From an uncultured Gemmataceae bacterium (GTDB lineage Bacteria; Planctomycetota; Planctomycetia; Gemmatales; Gemmataceae), in the NCBI GenBank assembly GCA_963750165.1, contig CAVVPN010000012.1, forward strand, positions 256,001-320,000: 64,000 bases of DNA, given 5' to 3'. Under the pieces are notes generated by a model. The model had not been told where the DNA came from. It worked only from the letters and a program-made list of their open reading frames with translations, and searched no databases. The translations under genes were made by a program, and so were the position numbers. The first letter of the stretch is position 1. Each line of letters starts with the position of its first letter. Positions 1 to 10,020 of this stretch are shown here, in pieces.

Positions 1-1138
1 CCTTCTCCTCCGCGATGGCGATGATGTCGTCAGCCTCATCCTCGCTCAGCCCGGACAGCTCGGCCATCTCGCTCGGCTCCAGGAAGGTCAGGTCGTCATA
101 CGACAGGAAGCCTTCCTCAATGAATACCTCCACAAGTTCCGGCTGCACGCCCTGGATCTGGCTGAACCAGTTCTCCGCCTTTTCGATGCTGTTGTTCAGC
201 TCGTCGTGCGTCATGATTTCGATGTCCCAGCCGACCAGCTTGCTGGCCAGGCGGACGTTCTGGCCGCGCTTGCCAATCGCCAGCGACAGTTGATCTTCCT
301 TCACCAGGACGATGGCCCGGCCCAGCCGCGGATAGAGGAACACTTCCTCGATCTGCGCCGGCTGCAGGGCGTTGGGGATCATGACCTGGAGCGAATCGTT
401 CCAGCGCACGATGTCGATGCGTTCGTTGTTGAGTTCTTCCACGACGTTCTTGATACGGCTGCCGCGGACGCCGACGCAGGCACCGACGCAATCGACCTTC
501 ATGTCAATGCTGGAGACGGCGATCTTGGAGCGATAGCCCGCCTCACGGGCCACGGCGCGGATTTCGATGGTCTTGTCGGCGATCTCCGGAATTTCGTGCT
601 CGAAGAGACGACGCACGAAATCCGGGTGGGTTCGCGACAAAATGATCTTCACGCGATGGCCAGCCTTCTTCACATCCAGGACGACGGCCTTGATGCGCTC
701 GCCGGGATGGTGCGTCTCACCAGGGATGCTTTCGGAGCGTGGCAGAATGGCCTCGCTTTTGCCGAGGCTGACGATGCCGGCGCCCCCCTCGTAGCGTTGC
801 AGGGTGCCGTGAACCAGGTCGCCCTTCATGGCCTGGTACTGCGTGATGAGCTGCGTCGTCTCCGCCTCGCGGATCTTCTGGATCAGCAGTTGCTTGGCGC
901 TCTGGGCGGCAATCCGACCGAGTTCGCCCGGTTCGACGGGCTGGCCGGCGTGCGTGGCCTGTAACTCGCCAGTGTCGCGGTCGAGGGTGACGACAATGTC
1001 GCCGTCGTCGCCGTAGTGCTTCTCGGCGGCGAGCTGCAACGCGGCCTGAATGCTGTCGAAGATCAGGTCGCGTGCGATCTGCTTTTCCTGGTGCATCGCC
1101 TCCACAAGACGAAGCACGTCGGAGCCTTTGGTAAACAT
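1..1138 (-). CDS. nusA: Transcription termination/antitermination factor NusA (3' end outside the window)
   Basis: Manual translation from ATG 1138: MFTKGSDVLRLVEAMHQEK...GRIAAQSAKQ...AREAGYRSKIAV...GACVGVRGSRIKNVVEELNNERIDIVRW...LSLAIGKRGQNVRLASKLVGWDIEI, showing NusA S1/KH motifs. Confidence 0.97.
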   Translation of the reverse strand, partial: MFTKGSDVLRLVEAMHQEKQIARDLIFDSIQAALQLAAEKHYGDDGDIVVTLDRDTGELQATHAGQPVEPGELGRIAAQSAKQLLIQKIREAETTQLITQYQAMKGDLVHGTLQRYEGGAGIVSLGKSEAILPRSESIPGETHHPGERIKAVVLDVKKAGHRVKIILSRTHPDFVRRLFEHEIPEIADKTIEIRAVAREAGYRSKIAVSSIDMKVDCVGACVGVRGSRIKNVVEELNNERIDIVRWNDSLQVMIPNALQPAQIEEVFLYPRLGRAIVLVKEDQLSLAIGKRGQNVRLASKLVGWDIEIMTHDELNNSIEKAENWFSQIQGVQPELVEVFIEEGFLSYDDLTFLEPSEMAELSGLSEDEADDIIAIAEEK

Positions 1139-1175
1139 GAATCAATACCCTCGACCAGATGGTCTTTTCTGCCGC

Positions 1176-1250
1176 GGCGAGCGGGGTCGCGTCAGCGCCC
1201 CGTGCCCGCATCCGCTGGGGACACGGGGCGCTGACGCGACCCCGCTCACC
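1176..1250. repeat. REP-like palindrome
   Basis: gagcggggtcgcgtcagcgccccgtg ... cacggggcgctgacgcgaccccgctc inverted repeat, intergenic. Confidence 0.85.
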
Positions 1251-1340
1251 AAGGCTCTCAACAGAGCACGACAGGTAACAAAAAAAGTGGGTCCAGGCCC
1301 ACTTTTCACTGCCCCTGCAGCGCAAGGCGCAGCGGCGCCC

Positions 1341-2507
1341 TCACGCTGTGGAACGCCCGCCCGCCGGCGCCTGGCCGGTGGCGGCGTCAAACAAGTGAGC
1401 GGTTTCCAACCGAAGGCGAACCATGTGTCGTTGCCCCTGGACGATGGTTTGCGCACTCCCGCGCCCCCGCAATCGCAGTCCCTGAGCCTGCCAGGTCACC
1501 AGGGCCATCGGACCCCATCCTTCCAATTGTACGACATCCATCTCGACCGGATGCCCGATTTCCGCTCCGACACCCACCGCCTCGGGCGGCACGCCAAGCG
1601 TCACGGGGCGGCCGACCCACGCAGACCAGGCGGCTGTGCGTTCGGGTGGCACTGGCCAGCGGACATCGCCCCCTACAAAATACAGCTTATCCCGCTCGAA
1701 AAGCAACACCCCGTCCAAAAAGTTCTGCTCCGGCCAGCCCAGAAAGTGGGCAACGAACCGGCTGGCAGGCTGTTCGTAGAGCCGCTGTGGCTCCGCGACC
1801 TGTTGCAGCATGCCCCGGTGTAAGACCGCCACGCGGTCGCCGAGGTTCAGCGCTTCCTGGGGATCGTGGGTGACAAATAGTATTGTCGTCGCCAGCCGCC
1901 GATGGAGCAAGAGCAACTCGCCGCGCAACTCCTGCCGCAACCGGGTGTCGAGGTGGCTGAAGGGCTCATCCAGCAGGAGCACTTCCGGTTGCCGCACCAG
2001 CGCCCGGCCCAGCGCCACACGCTGCTGTTCGCCGCCGGATAGCTGAGCGGGCAACCGCCCCAGCAGAGGCGTGATCCCCAGCAGCCCGGCCACATCCACC
2101 AGCCGCCGGGCCAGTTCGGCTTGCTGCGCGCGGAACGTCTGCCAGCGCCGCGGTTGCAGCAGTCGGGCCGCCCAGCGCTGGAGCAGGCCGGGTTGCCGTT
2201 GTTCCACGGAGAACGTTAAATTGGCCGCGACTGTCAAATGCGGATACAGGGCCGGCTGCTGAAACACCAGCGCCACGTCGCGCTGCCACGGCGGCACTGC
2301 CGTCACGTCGCGGCCCGCCAGTCGAATGCTGCCCGCCGTCGGCTGCTCCAGTCCAGCGATCAGACGCAACACCGTCGTCTTGCCGCTGCCCGAAGCGCCG
2401 ACCAGCACGAGCAACTCGCCGGCATGCACCGACAGGCTCAACCCGTCCACGGCACAGACGCCGTTGCCAAAAACCTTTGTCAGACCCTCCAGTTCGACCG
2501 CTGCCAT
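1341..2507 (-). CDS. ABC transporter ATP-binding protein (MalK/UgpC-like)
   Basis: Walker A GASGSGKT, LSGGEQQRVALGRAL signature, LLLDEP, FVTHD, C-terminal TOBE-like region. Confidence 0.93.
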   Translation of the reverse strand: MAAVELEGLTKVFGNGVCAVDGLSLSVHAGELLVLVGASGSGKTTVLRLIAGLEQPTAGSIRLAGRDVTAVPPWQRDVALVFQQPALYPHLTVAANLTFSVEQRQPGLLQRWAARLLQPRRWQTFRAQQAELARRLVDVAGLLGITPLLGRLPAQLSGGEQQRVALGRALVRQPEVLLLDEPFSHLDTRLRQELRGELLLLHRRLATTILFVTHDPQEALNLGDRVAVLHRGMLQQVAEPQRLYEQPASRFVAHFLGWPEQNFLDGVLLFERDKLYFVGGDVRWPVPPERTAAWSAWVGRPVTLGVPPEAVGVGAEIGHPVEMDVVQLEGWGPMALVTWQAQGLRLRGRGSAQTIVQGQRHMVRLRLETAHLFDAATGQAPAGGRSTA

Positions 2508-2571
2508 GCTTGTTTCCAGTCAGTGAACAGGCGTATCATTAGAGGGAGGAAATCGAGCGGAGGATTCAGAC

Positions 2572-2832
2572 ATGGATAATCATACGATTGCTCAGCGGTT
2601 GACCAGTCACGCCCGGCAGCTGCAACAGCGCATGGAGAACCTGTATCGAGTGCGTGCCTACCGGCGTGCGGCGGAGGTGATCCAGGGCCTCAACTGCCCG
2701 GTGGCGGACCTGCTCGACCGGCAGGGCCGGCGCGGCCTGGAGGCGCTACCGGGCATCGGCAGCCACCTGGCGTTCACCATCGAGACGCTGGTGCGCACCG
2801 GCGAGTTCCACACCTATTCCGAGGCGGGTTGA
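2572..2832 (+). CDS. Stand-alone helix-hairpin-helix protein resembling the PolX N-terminal 8-kDa domain
   Basis: MDNHTIAQRL...ENLYRVRAYRRAA...LPGIG...IETLVRTG parallels the N-terminus of PolX at 12209. Confidence 0.8.
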   Translation: MDNHTIAQRLTSHARQLQQRMENLYRVRAYRRAAEVIQGLNCPVADLLDRQGRRGLEALPGIGSHLAFTIETLVRTGEFHTYSEAG

Positions 2833-2895
2833 TCGCCGTCGCCGTTCGCGGTTCTACAATGGCGAGAACCATCGACCACCGCGAGGGACGACGCC

Positions 2896-3795
2896 ATGCC
2901 GGGCCAACTGCGGCGCCTGCTGGAGATGATCCGTTTCAGCCATACGCTGTTCGCGCTGCCGTTCGCCCTGCTGAGCGCGGCGCTGGCGTGGCGCAAGAAG
3001 GGAGCGTTCTCCTGGCTGGAACTGGCCGGCATCATTCTGTGCATGACGTTCGCCCGCAGTGCCGCGATGGCGTTCAACCGCCTCGCCGACCGTCACCTCG
3101 ACGCCGCCAACCCGCGTACCGCCGGCCGTCATTTGCCGAGTGGGCAGCTGACTGTCGCCGGCGTCACCGTCTTCACCATCGTCTGTGCGCTGCTGTTCGT
3201 CGCCTCCGCGGCGCTGTTCCTGCTGGCGGAGCCGCCGAACCCTTGGCCGCTGTGGCTGGCGGTGCCGGTGCTGCTGTTCCTCTTCGCCTACTCCTACACG
3301 AAGCGCGTCACGCTGTTCGCCCACTTCTGGTTGGGGACGTCACTGAATCTGGCGCCGCTGGCGGCGTGGATCGCCATCCGCGGCATTCCTGACCTGGTCG
3401 ATTTGATGACGCCGGTGGTGCTGGGCGGGGCGGTGGGCTTCTGGGTATCCGGATTCGACATCATTTACGCCTGTCAAGACGTGGACTTCGACCGCCAGGC
3501 GCGGCTGCGGAGCTTGCCGGCGACGCTGGACGTACGCGGCGCGCTGACGGTGGCACGGCTATGTCACCTGGCAATGTTGGGGTTTCTGGTGGCGCTGTAC
3601 TGGGCGGCGGTACCATACCTGGGCGGCATCTACCTGGCGGGAGTGGCGGCAGTGGGGCTGCTGCTGGTGTATGAGCATTCGTTGGTGCGGGCGGACAATT
3701 TGACGCACGTGAATCAGGCGTTCTTTCAGGTGAACGCGGTGGTCAGCGTGGGGTTGCTGGTGGTGGTGCTGGTGCAGCTGGCGGTGGCGTGGTGA
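2896..3795 (+). CDS. ubiA: UbiA-family prenyltransferase (4-hydroxybenzoate polyprenyltransferase / MqnP-like)
   Basis: HTLFALPFA, RSAAMAFNRLADRHLDAANPRT, YSYTKR, FDIIYACQDVDFD; multiple TM helices. Confidence 0.9.
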   Translation: MPGQLRRLLEMIRFSHTLFALPFALLSAALAWRKKGAFSWLELAGIILCMTFARSAAMAFNRLADRHLDAANPRTAGRHLPSGQLTVAGVTVFTIVCALLFVASAALFLLAEPPNPWPLWLAVPVLLFLFAYSYTKRVTLFAHFWLGTSLNLAPLAAWIAIRGIPDLVDLMTPVVLGGAVGFWVSGFDIIYACQDVDFDRQARLRSLPATLDVRGALTVARLCHLAMLGFLVALYWAAVPYLGGIYLAGVAAVGLLLVYEHSLVRADNLTHVNQAFFQVNAVVSVGLLVVVLVQLAVAW

Positions 3796-3854
3796 GCGGC
3801 CCCCTTGCTCGGAGGGTGGGTCCGCGTTATGATCGCGTGGAGGGAGGTTTGGCC

Positions 3855-4082
3855 ATGCAATCCATCCACATTCGGTTTCTTTCGCAGGAAGATCGCGTGC
3901 GCGGCTTCTATGAAATGGCAACCCGCGCCCGCATCAGTAGTTTCCCGGATGGGGTTTACCAGGTGCCTATTGAGGCCCTCCGTTTGCTTGAGGATCAGCA
4001 CATTGCGTACCGTCGGGCCACCGATGCCGAGGTAAAGGATGCCCATGATAAGGTTCGACATCCTACTCCCATTGTTTTATAA
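3855..4082 (+). CDS. Small hypothetical protein
   Basis: GGAGG RBS before ATG; overlaps the next ORF. Confidence 0.6.
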   Translation: MQSIHIRFLSQEDRVRGFYEMATRARISSFPDGVYQVPIEALRLLEDQHIAYRRATDAEVKDAHDKVRHPTPIVL

Positions 4083-4290
4083 CGACGGACGACAGATCGA
4101 ACGTGCGAAGTTCCTCCAGACGGATGACGAACTGATTCAGTGCTTCGGTGCCATCAGCACCGACACCGTCACGGTGCGCGGGCAGTGGCTCTACCAGAGC
4201 ACGCTTTACGTGGATCAGTTAATTCGTGTGCGTCTCGACCTTCAGGACACCCCCGACAACTGGCAGGCTGTCCGGGCGTATGTGGAACGA
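4039..4290 (+). pseudogene. Small conserved hypothetical protein (RFDILLPLFYNDG type), 3'-truncated
   Basis: Plausible protein up to ...NWQAVRAY, after which the frame runs into an antisense DUF4058 fragment. Confidence 0.55.
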
Positions 4291-4344
4291 CTCCCAGTGA
4301 TGATGGGGGTACAGAGGCGGGTGGAAGTGGTCGAACAACGGCAT
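4282..4344 (-). pseudogene. DUF4058-family N-terminal fragment
   Basis: Translates MPLFDHFHPPLYPHHHWESFH, a typical DUF4058 start, then breaks off. Confidence 0.6.
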
Positions 4345-4415
4345 GGCGGCAACCCTGCGCTACAGTGTGCTCATGTTTATAGCGCAAGCTAACAGAGGGA
4401 TTGCCGACTCGCAAC

Positions 4416-6687
4416 TCAATCCTGCACCTCGCGGAAGATGCGCTCGAAGTGGCACTCGCACCGCAGCAGCACTTGCAGCAGCGCTGGATCGAACTGCCCC
4501 GGCGACCAGTCGTGCATGACCTGCAGTGCCGGCCGATGCGCCAGCGCTGGCTTGTACACCCGCCGCGACCGCAGCGCGTCGTACACGTCGCCCACGGTGA
4601 GCAGCCGCGCCGCCAGTGGGATGTCGGTGCCGGCCAGCCGGTCAGGATAGCCGCGGCCGTCCCAGCGCTCGTGGTGGTGCCGCACCAGGTCCAGGGCCAT
4701 CTGCAGGAACGCCATCGCTCCGGGGTGCTGCCGCGTCACCTCCTGCAGCGTCTCGGCGCCGATGATCGTGTGCTGCTGCATCAGCAGCCGCTCGTCCGGC
4801 GTCAACTTGCCGGGCTTGTGCAGGATGTGGTCGGGCAGGCACACCTTGCCGATGTCGTGCAACGGCGCACAGGCCACCATCATCTCAATGAAATTGGCGT
4901 CGATTTGCTCGGCATACGGCGACGCTTTGACCGCCTCCTCCGCCAGGCAGCGGCAGTAGCGCTGCACGCGCACCAGGTGGCCGCCTTTCTCCGACGCTTT
5001 GTGCTCGACCAGCTTGGCCAGCGCCAGCACCACGGCGTTGCGCGACTGCACCAGGTCGGCGTGCTCGCCGTGCAGGCTGCCCTCGATCTTCAGGTTGGCC
5101 GCCAGCAGGTGCGCGGTCAGCTGGCCGGAGCGGTCCTGGGCGTCCTTCAGCCGCAGGGCGCAGCGCACCCGCGCCCGCAGTTGCGTCCGGCTGAACGGCT
5201 TGGTCAGAAAGTCGTCGGCGCCGCACAGTAGCAACTGGGCCATGGTGTCCGCCTGGTCGTTGCCGGACATCAGGATGATCTTCAGGTGCGGTGACGACGG
5301 GTTCTCGCGCAGGCGCTTGCACAGCTCCGTGCCCACCACGTCCGGCAGGCACAGGTCCATCACGATCAGGTCGAACTGCTGGCTCGCCAGCGCCTTCATG
5401 GCGGCCTGGCCACTGGCGGCCTCTTCGGTGAGGAAGCCGTCCGCGTGCAGGGCATGGCGGCAGTAGGCGCGGATGCCGGCCTCGTCGTCCACCACCAGCA
5501 GGCGGTGCGACACATTGTCGGCGGCGCCGGCCTGCGACGCCAGCGCCGCCGGCAGTTCCCCGGGCGTCAGTTCCAGGTACGATGGCAGCGCCAGCCGCGC
5601 GGGCTTGAGGAAGCTCACCAGTGCCTGCATCACCGACTCGGCGGTCGGGTAGCGGTCATCCGGGTGCAGCGCCAGCAGCTTTTGCACGAGCGCGTCGAGG
5701 TCCCCCGGCAACTCCGGCCGGACCTTCCGCAACGACGGCGGCGGCTGGCTCAACCGGGCGTTGAGTTCCTGGATGACGTTCTCCTGACCGGGAAACGGCG
5801 GCGTCGCGGTCAGGCACCAGAACAGAGTGCCACCCAGGCCGTACAGATCGGCGCGCACGTCAACGGTATGGGCGTCGCGCATCTGCTCGGGGGCCATGTA
5901 ATCGACGGTGCCGATCAGGCTGCCGGACTCCGTCTTGCTGCTGTGGAAGTTACGTGCCAGGCCGAAGTCGAGCAGCTTGGCCTGGCCCTCCGGCGTGATG
6001 AGAATGTTGCTCGGCTTGATGTCGCGGTGGACCAGATGGTGGCGGTGCGCTTCCGACAGGGCCGAGGCAATCTGATACATCAGGTCGGCGGCGAGCGTCG
6101 GCGTCAGTGGCCCGTGTGCCTTGACGTGCTGTTCGAGATCCTGGCCGGGCACGTACTCCATGACGAAGTAGTGCAAGACGATGCCGTCCTCGTCCTCGGG
6201 CCGGCTCTCGCCGGCGTCGAAGGCCGCGATGATGTTGGAGTGCTTGAGCCTGGCGACGGCACGGATTTCCGTGAGAAAACGGCGGAGGATGCGCTGGTCC
6301 TGGTCCGCGCGGATCTGAATGACCTTGATGGCGACCTGGCGGCGCATGGCGCAGGTGCTCGGCGCGGTAGACCACCCCCATACCGCCGGCGCCGAGGCGG
6401 TCGAGAACGCGGTAGTTGCCCAGGACCATGCCGAAGGTGTTGCCGGACTCGACACGCCGGGCCTGGTACTCGGTCAGCAGGCCGTGGTGCAGCAGGCGCG
6501 GCAGCAGCTTTTCGACCGAGCGCAGGCGCAGCAGTTCTTCACGCAGGTTGGGCTCCAGACCGTCCCAGTCTTCGGCCGGGATCAGCGAGGAGGCCAACAG
6601 GCTGTGCAACAGCAGGGTCGCGGACGGACTGAGGGCCGGGTCCAGTTCCGCTGTGGGGCCCCGAGGGCGGGTCCGCGTGTCCTTCAT
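4416..6687 (-). CDS. Ser/Thr kinase - receiver (REC) - HD-GYP phosphodiesterase fusion (frameshift near 6345)
   Basis: LGAGGMGVVY in ORF 5950-6687 joins VAIK, HRDIKPSN, DFG, YMAPE; then LLVVDDE/DLIVMD/FLTKPF; then HDIGK and HHERWDGRGYP in ORF 4416-6455. Confidence 0.9.
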
Positions 6688-6850
6688 GGTAGCGTCTCAT
6701 GCGACCTTCCGACCTCAGGCGCGGCCCAGCCAGCCAGGCGAGTCCGGGCGCTGCAACTATAGGTCACACCGCGGTGACGGGCAAATGCGAGAAGGGGTGA
6801 GAGGGGGAGGGGGTGAAAAAATCGTTTCGCGGTGGGTGGAGCACGGCAAG

Positions 6851-7138
6851 TCATTGCGGCGCTTTGAAGCCGATCTTCTCGCGCACCGCATCGGTCAGCC
6901 GTTCCAATTGCCGGCCGTGCTCCGCAAGGATCCGGATGATCTCAGCGATTTGCTTTTCGAGGCGTGCCAAGCGCTCCGCCGTCTCGCGCCGATACTCCAG
7001 TTCACGGCGCTCGAATTCCGCGTGAGCCTTGGCGTGCTCCGCCAGCTGGCCGACGAACGCCGCCTGGTTGTTGATGAGCAGCGCCATCGCTTTTACGAGC
7101 TGGTGGTGACCGTTCTGCTCGGGGGCTTGTTTTGCCAA
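6851..7138 (-). CDS. Hypothetical coiled-coil protein
   Basis: TTG start just downstream of the tRNA; heptad-rich sequence ending VREKIGFKAPQ. Confidence 0.6.
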   Translation of the reverse strand: MAKQAPEQNGHHQLVKAMALLINNQAAFVGQLAEHAKAHAEFERRELEYRRETAERLARLEKQIAEIIRILAEHGRQLERLTDAVREKIGFKAPQ

Positions 7139-7182
7139 GGCGAACCCCTGTCCAGGCAGAGACGGCGTTTGTTCCACATCAG

Positions 7183-7257
7183 TCGGGGTGACCGGACTCG
7201 AACCGGTGACTTCTTGGTCCCAAACCAAGCGCTCTGGCCAAACTGAGCTACACCCCG
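7183..7257 (-). tRNA. tRNA-Pro (anticodon TGG)
   Basis: cggggtgtagctcagtttggccagagcgcttggtTTGGGAccaagaagtcaccGGTTCGAGTCCggtcaccccga cloverleaf; CCA not encoded. Confidence 0.96.
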
Positions 7258-7322
7258 AACCGGACCTACCTGGGATAGCCTACCGCAAAGCGATGGCCCT
7301 GCCAAGCACGTCCGGGCGAAAT

Positions 7323-7844
7323 TCACTTCAGCAACTTGAACGACTTGAAAAACTTGTCGGTGTCCGCGGAGCCGACCAGCGCCGGGCTGCCGACCGCCAT
7401 CACCTGGTACAGCTGGTTCTTGACCGCGTACAGCTGGGCTCGCACTTCCGTCTTGCCGTCCACGTCGATGAGCAGTTCGCGGCCGGGGTGGCCGCCCAGC
7501 TTCAGCGCCTTCTCGGAGCGCAGCTTGCCCTTGACGCTGCTGACCGCCCCGTCGCGAGCGTGGTCCAGTCGCCGCTCCTCCGTCTCCTTGACCGCCGAAT
7601 CCGGCAGGACCGAGACACCGACGACGTAGGCGTCGCCGCCCTTCTTCAGTTCCGCGACAGTCAACACCACGTACACCTTGCCGACCGAGGTGTTGACGGA
7701 CTGTTGGTGTTCTTGCGGCGTGCCCGGCAGCAGCACCTGAAAGCCGCCGGGTTTGTTGACGAACTCTTTCCATTCGCCGGGGTTCTGACCCACGGCCACG
7801 GACACAGGAGCCAGCAGCAAGAACCATCCCAGCAGCTTGTACAT
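7323..7844 (-). CDS. Secreted hypothetical protein
   Basis: Signal peptide MYKLLGWFLLLAPVSVAVG; GGFQVLLPGTP...GHPGRE...KFFKSFKL pattern. Confidence 0.75.
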   Translation of the reverse strand: MYKLLGWFLLLAPVSVAVGQNPGEWKEFVNKPGGFQVLLPGTPQEHQQSVNTSVGKVYVVLTVAELKKGGDAYVVGVSVLPDSAVKETEERRLDHARDGAVSSVKGKLRSEKALKLGGHPGRELLIDVDGKTEVRAQLYAVKNQLYQVMAVGSPALVGSADTDKFFKSFKLLK

Positions 7845-7859
7845 GGTTGATCCTCTCCC

Positions 7860-7920
7860 GTCCGAGCCCGAGCGCCAGCGCGGGGCCAAGCGTGCCCCGC
7901 ACTGGCGCTCGGGCTCGGAC
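7860..7920. repeat. REP-like palindrome
   Basis: gtccgagcccgagcgccag ... ctggcgctcgggctcggac. Confidence 0.85.
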
Positions 7921-7935
7921 AATCCAGCGCGGGCG

Positions 7936-8823
7936 CTAGCGCCGCAGCACCTCCAGCACCCGCATGAAATCGTCGTTGGACTCGAAGCGCAACACGATCT
8001 GCCCCCGGTCCTTCGCCTTCAATTTCACCTCGACCTTGAGCGACAACTTCTGTCGCAACTCGTCCTCGATGCCCTTGACATGGGCGGTCTTCTCCTCCGC
8101 GGGCGTCCGCGGTTCGGCCGGGGCGGACTCTTCCTTCTGCTCGCGCAGGAACTGCTCGGCCGCCTTGACGCTCAAACCGCGGGCGATGATCTGCTTGCAC
8201 AGCGCCACCTGCTGGCCGTGGTCCTTGATCCCCTTGAGCAGTTTAGCATGTCCCTCGGAGATCTGGTTGACGCGCACGGCGTCCTGCACCTCCGCGGCCA
8301 GTTCCAGCAGGTTGACCAGGTTCGTGATCGTCGGTCGTGCCAGACCGATGCGCCGGGCCAGGTCCTCGTGGCCCATCTGAAAGCGCTCAAGGTAGTCCTT
8401 GAACCCCTGGGCCTTCTCGATAGGGTTGAGGTCCTGGCGCTGAATGTTCTCAATCAGGGCCGCTTCGAGCACCTGCTGGTCGTTGAAGTCCACGACGCGC
8501 ACCGGCACGCTGGCGAGGCCAGCCGCCTGGGCGGCACGCAGACGGCGTTCACCGGCGACCAGCTGAAAGCCGTCACCGACCTGCCGGACGACCAGCGGTT
8601 GCAGGATGCCGTGACTCTTGACGCTCTCGCTCAGGGCGGTCAGTTCCTCCGCGTCGAAGGCCTTGCGCGGCTGAAACGGGTTCTGGTGAATCCTGTCCAG
8701 CGGCACTTCCGATGCATCGACGGCAACGGTTGGGCTCGGGGCCGTGATGGTGGCGGCGTCGGCGGTGCCCTCGGCGATGCCGAGCAGGGCGTCGAGGCCG
8801 CGACCGAGTCTGCGCTTCTCCAT
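7936..8823 (-). CDS. parB: Chromosome partitioning protein ParB/Spo0J
   Basis: RLGRGLDALL, NPFQPR, GILQPLVVR, VAGERRLRA, ENIQRQDLNPIEKA, HTH region. Confidence 0.95.
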   Translation of the reverse strand: MEKRRLGRGLDALLGIAEGTADAATITAPSPTVAVDASEVPLDRIHQNPFQPRKAFDAEELTALSESVKSHGILQPLVVRQVGDGFQLVAGERRLRAAQAAGLASVPVRVVDFNDQQVLEAALIENIQRQDLNPIEKAQGFKDYLERFQMGHEDLARRIGLARPTITNLVNLLELAAEVQDAVRVNQISEGHAKLLKGIKDHGQQVALCKQIIARGLSVKAAEQFLREQKEESAPAEPRTPAEEKTAHVKGIEDELRQKLSLKVEVKLKAKDRGQIVLRFESNDDFMRVLEVLRR

Positions 8824-8933
8824 GACCAAACCTCCGCTCAGGGCTGGGGGCTCGAATCCTTCCGAGGCTGGCATTCTAAACCAACGCGGGGGCGGGAACA
8901 ATCGGGGTTTGCCTGCGCTCCACCGCTTCTGTC

Positions 8934-8980
8934 CCGCCGCAAGCGGCGTAGCGGTCAGATCGCTACGCCGCTTGCGGCGG
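8934..8980. repeat. REP-like palindrome
   Basis: ccgccgcaagcggcgtagcg-loop-cgctacgccgcttgcggcgg perfect 20-bp stem. Confidence 0.85.
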
Positions 8981-9011
8981 AAGAACCGGCGCTACCGTTC
9001 CACGCGGAACG

Positions 9012-9851
9012 TCAGTGCCCAGGTTCGTTCAGCATCCGAAGCAGGTAATCGCGCCCCGCCAGCACTTCCGCGATCACGTTCGCCCCGTGTTCGCGCTCGA
9101 TCACCAGCGGCCTCGGATAGTCGAGGCGCCGCAGTTCTGCCAGCAGCCCGGCGAAGGGCACCTCACCCTGACCGAGGGGGACTTCCGTTCCCAACCACTC
9201 CGGTGTCGCGGTCGAGAGCGCGTCCTTGGCGTGGAAGCCGCGTACGTGACGGCCCAGCGTGCGCAACGCCTGCAACGGCTCATCGGTCCCGTACAGCAGG
9301 AAGTTCGCCGGGTCGAAATTCACGCCGAGGTTCAGCCGGCCCACGTCCTCAATGAACCGCAGCAGGCGCGCGGCCGACTCCTGCCCCGTCTCCAGATTAA
9401 ATCCGAGGGACAATTCGGAGCAACGGTCGCAAATGCGTTGCACGACCTTGACCAGCGCGCGGTAATCCGCATGGGCGCGGTCCTCTGGCAAAAATCCGAG
9501 ATGTGCGCTCACCAACGGCGCTCCCACGTCCTGCGCCAGTCCGCAAAACTCCAGTGCCACCCGCGTCCGATGCTCGCGCAGTTCCGGCAGCACCAACCCG
9601 ACGGTGCGGCGGATGCTCAGAATGTCACGGTAGCTCTGCCCGTCGAAGCCGACGAACATGGTGTCAATGGTCAGGCCGCTGTCCCGTGCGGCGGCGACGT
9701 ACGCGGCCCGTTCCGGCCCGGTCAGCCACCGCTCCGGCAGGGCACTGGTGTGGACGACGCGAAAGCCCAGGTCCGCGGCGACGCGGAAGGCGCGCAGGCG
9801 ATCCGGCTCCAGGTTGTTGAGCATGACGCCGATTTCGAGCGGTTGCGGCAT
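9012..9851 (-). CDS. Sugar phosphate isomerase/epimerase (xylose isomerase-like TIM barrel)
   Basis: LETGQE, GVNFDPAN, HAKD, EVPLGQGEV, LVIERE. Confidence 0.88.
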   Translation of the reverse strand: MPQPLEIGVMLNNLEPDRLRAFRVAADLGFRVVHTSALPERWLTGPERAAYVAAARDSGLTIDTMFVGFDGQSYRDILSIRRTVGLVLPELREHRTRVALEFCGLAQDVGAPLVSAHLGFLPEDRAHADYRALVKVVQRICDRCSELSLGFNLETGQESAARLLRFIEDVGRLNLGVNFDPANFLLYGTDEPLQALRTLGRHVRGFHAKDALSTATPEWLGTEVPLGQGEVPFAGLLAELRRLDYPRPLVIEREHGANVIAEVLAGRDYLLRMLNEPGH

Positions 9852-10020
9852 GGCGGCCCCTGTCATTTTTACTTTGTAATTGTAATTTGTACCATGTCCA
9901 GGACTTACGTCATTTGCTCTTTTCATGAAGGGCGGTTCGCGGTTAAGATTCGCCGCGTCGTGACGACGGAACCGTCCGACAGGGGCCACGGACGGCCCAG
10001 GAAGCGGAAGAGGTTGATGG

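Noticed and set aside
206..964. Long ORFs antisense to real genes (also 12434-13987, 17563-18726, 34425-36389)
   Set aside because: These are shadow ORFs expected in high-GC DNA opposite well-supported genes.
7183..7257. tRNA-Pro as an integration site
   Set aside because: No integrase is adjacent and I saw no duplicated tRNA 3' end in the window.
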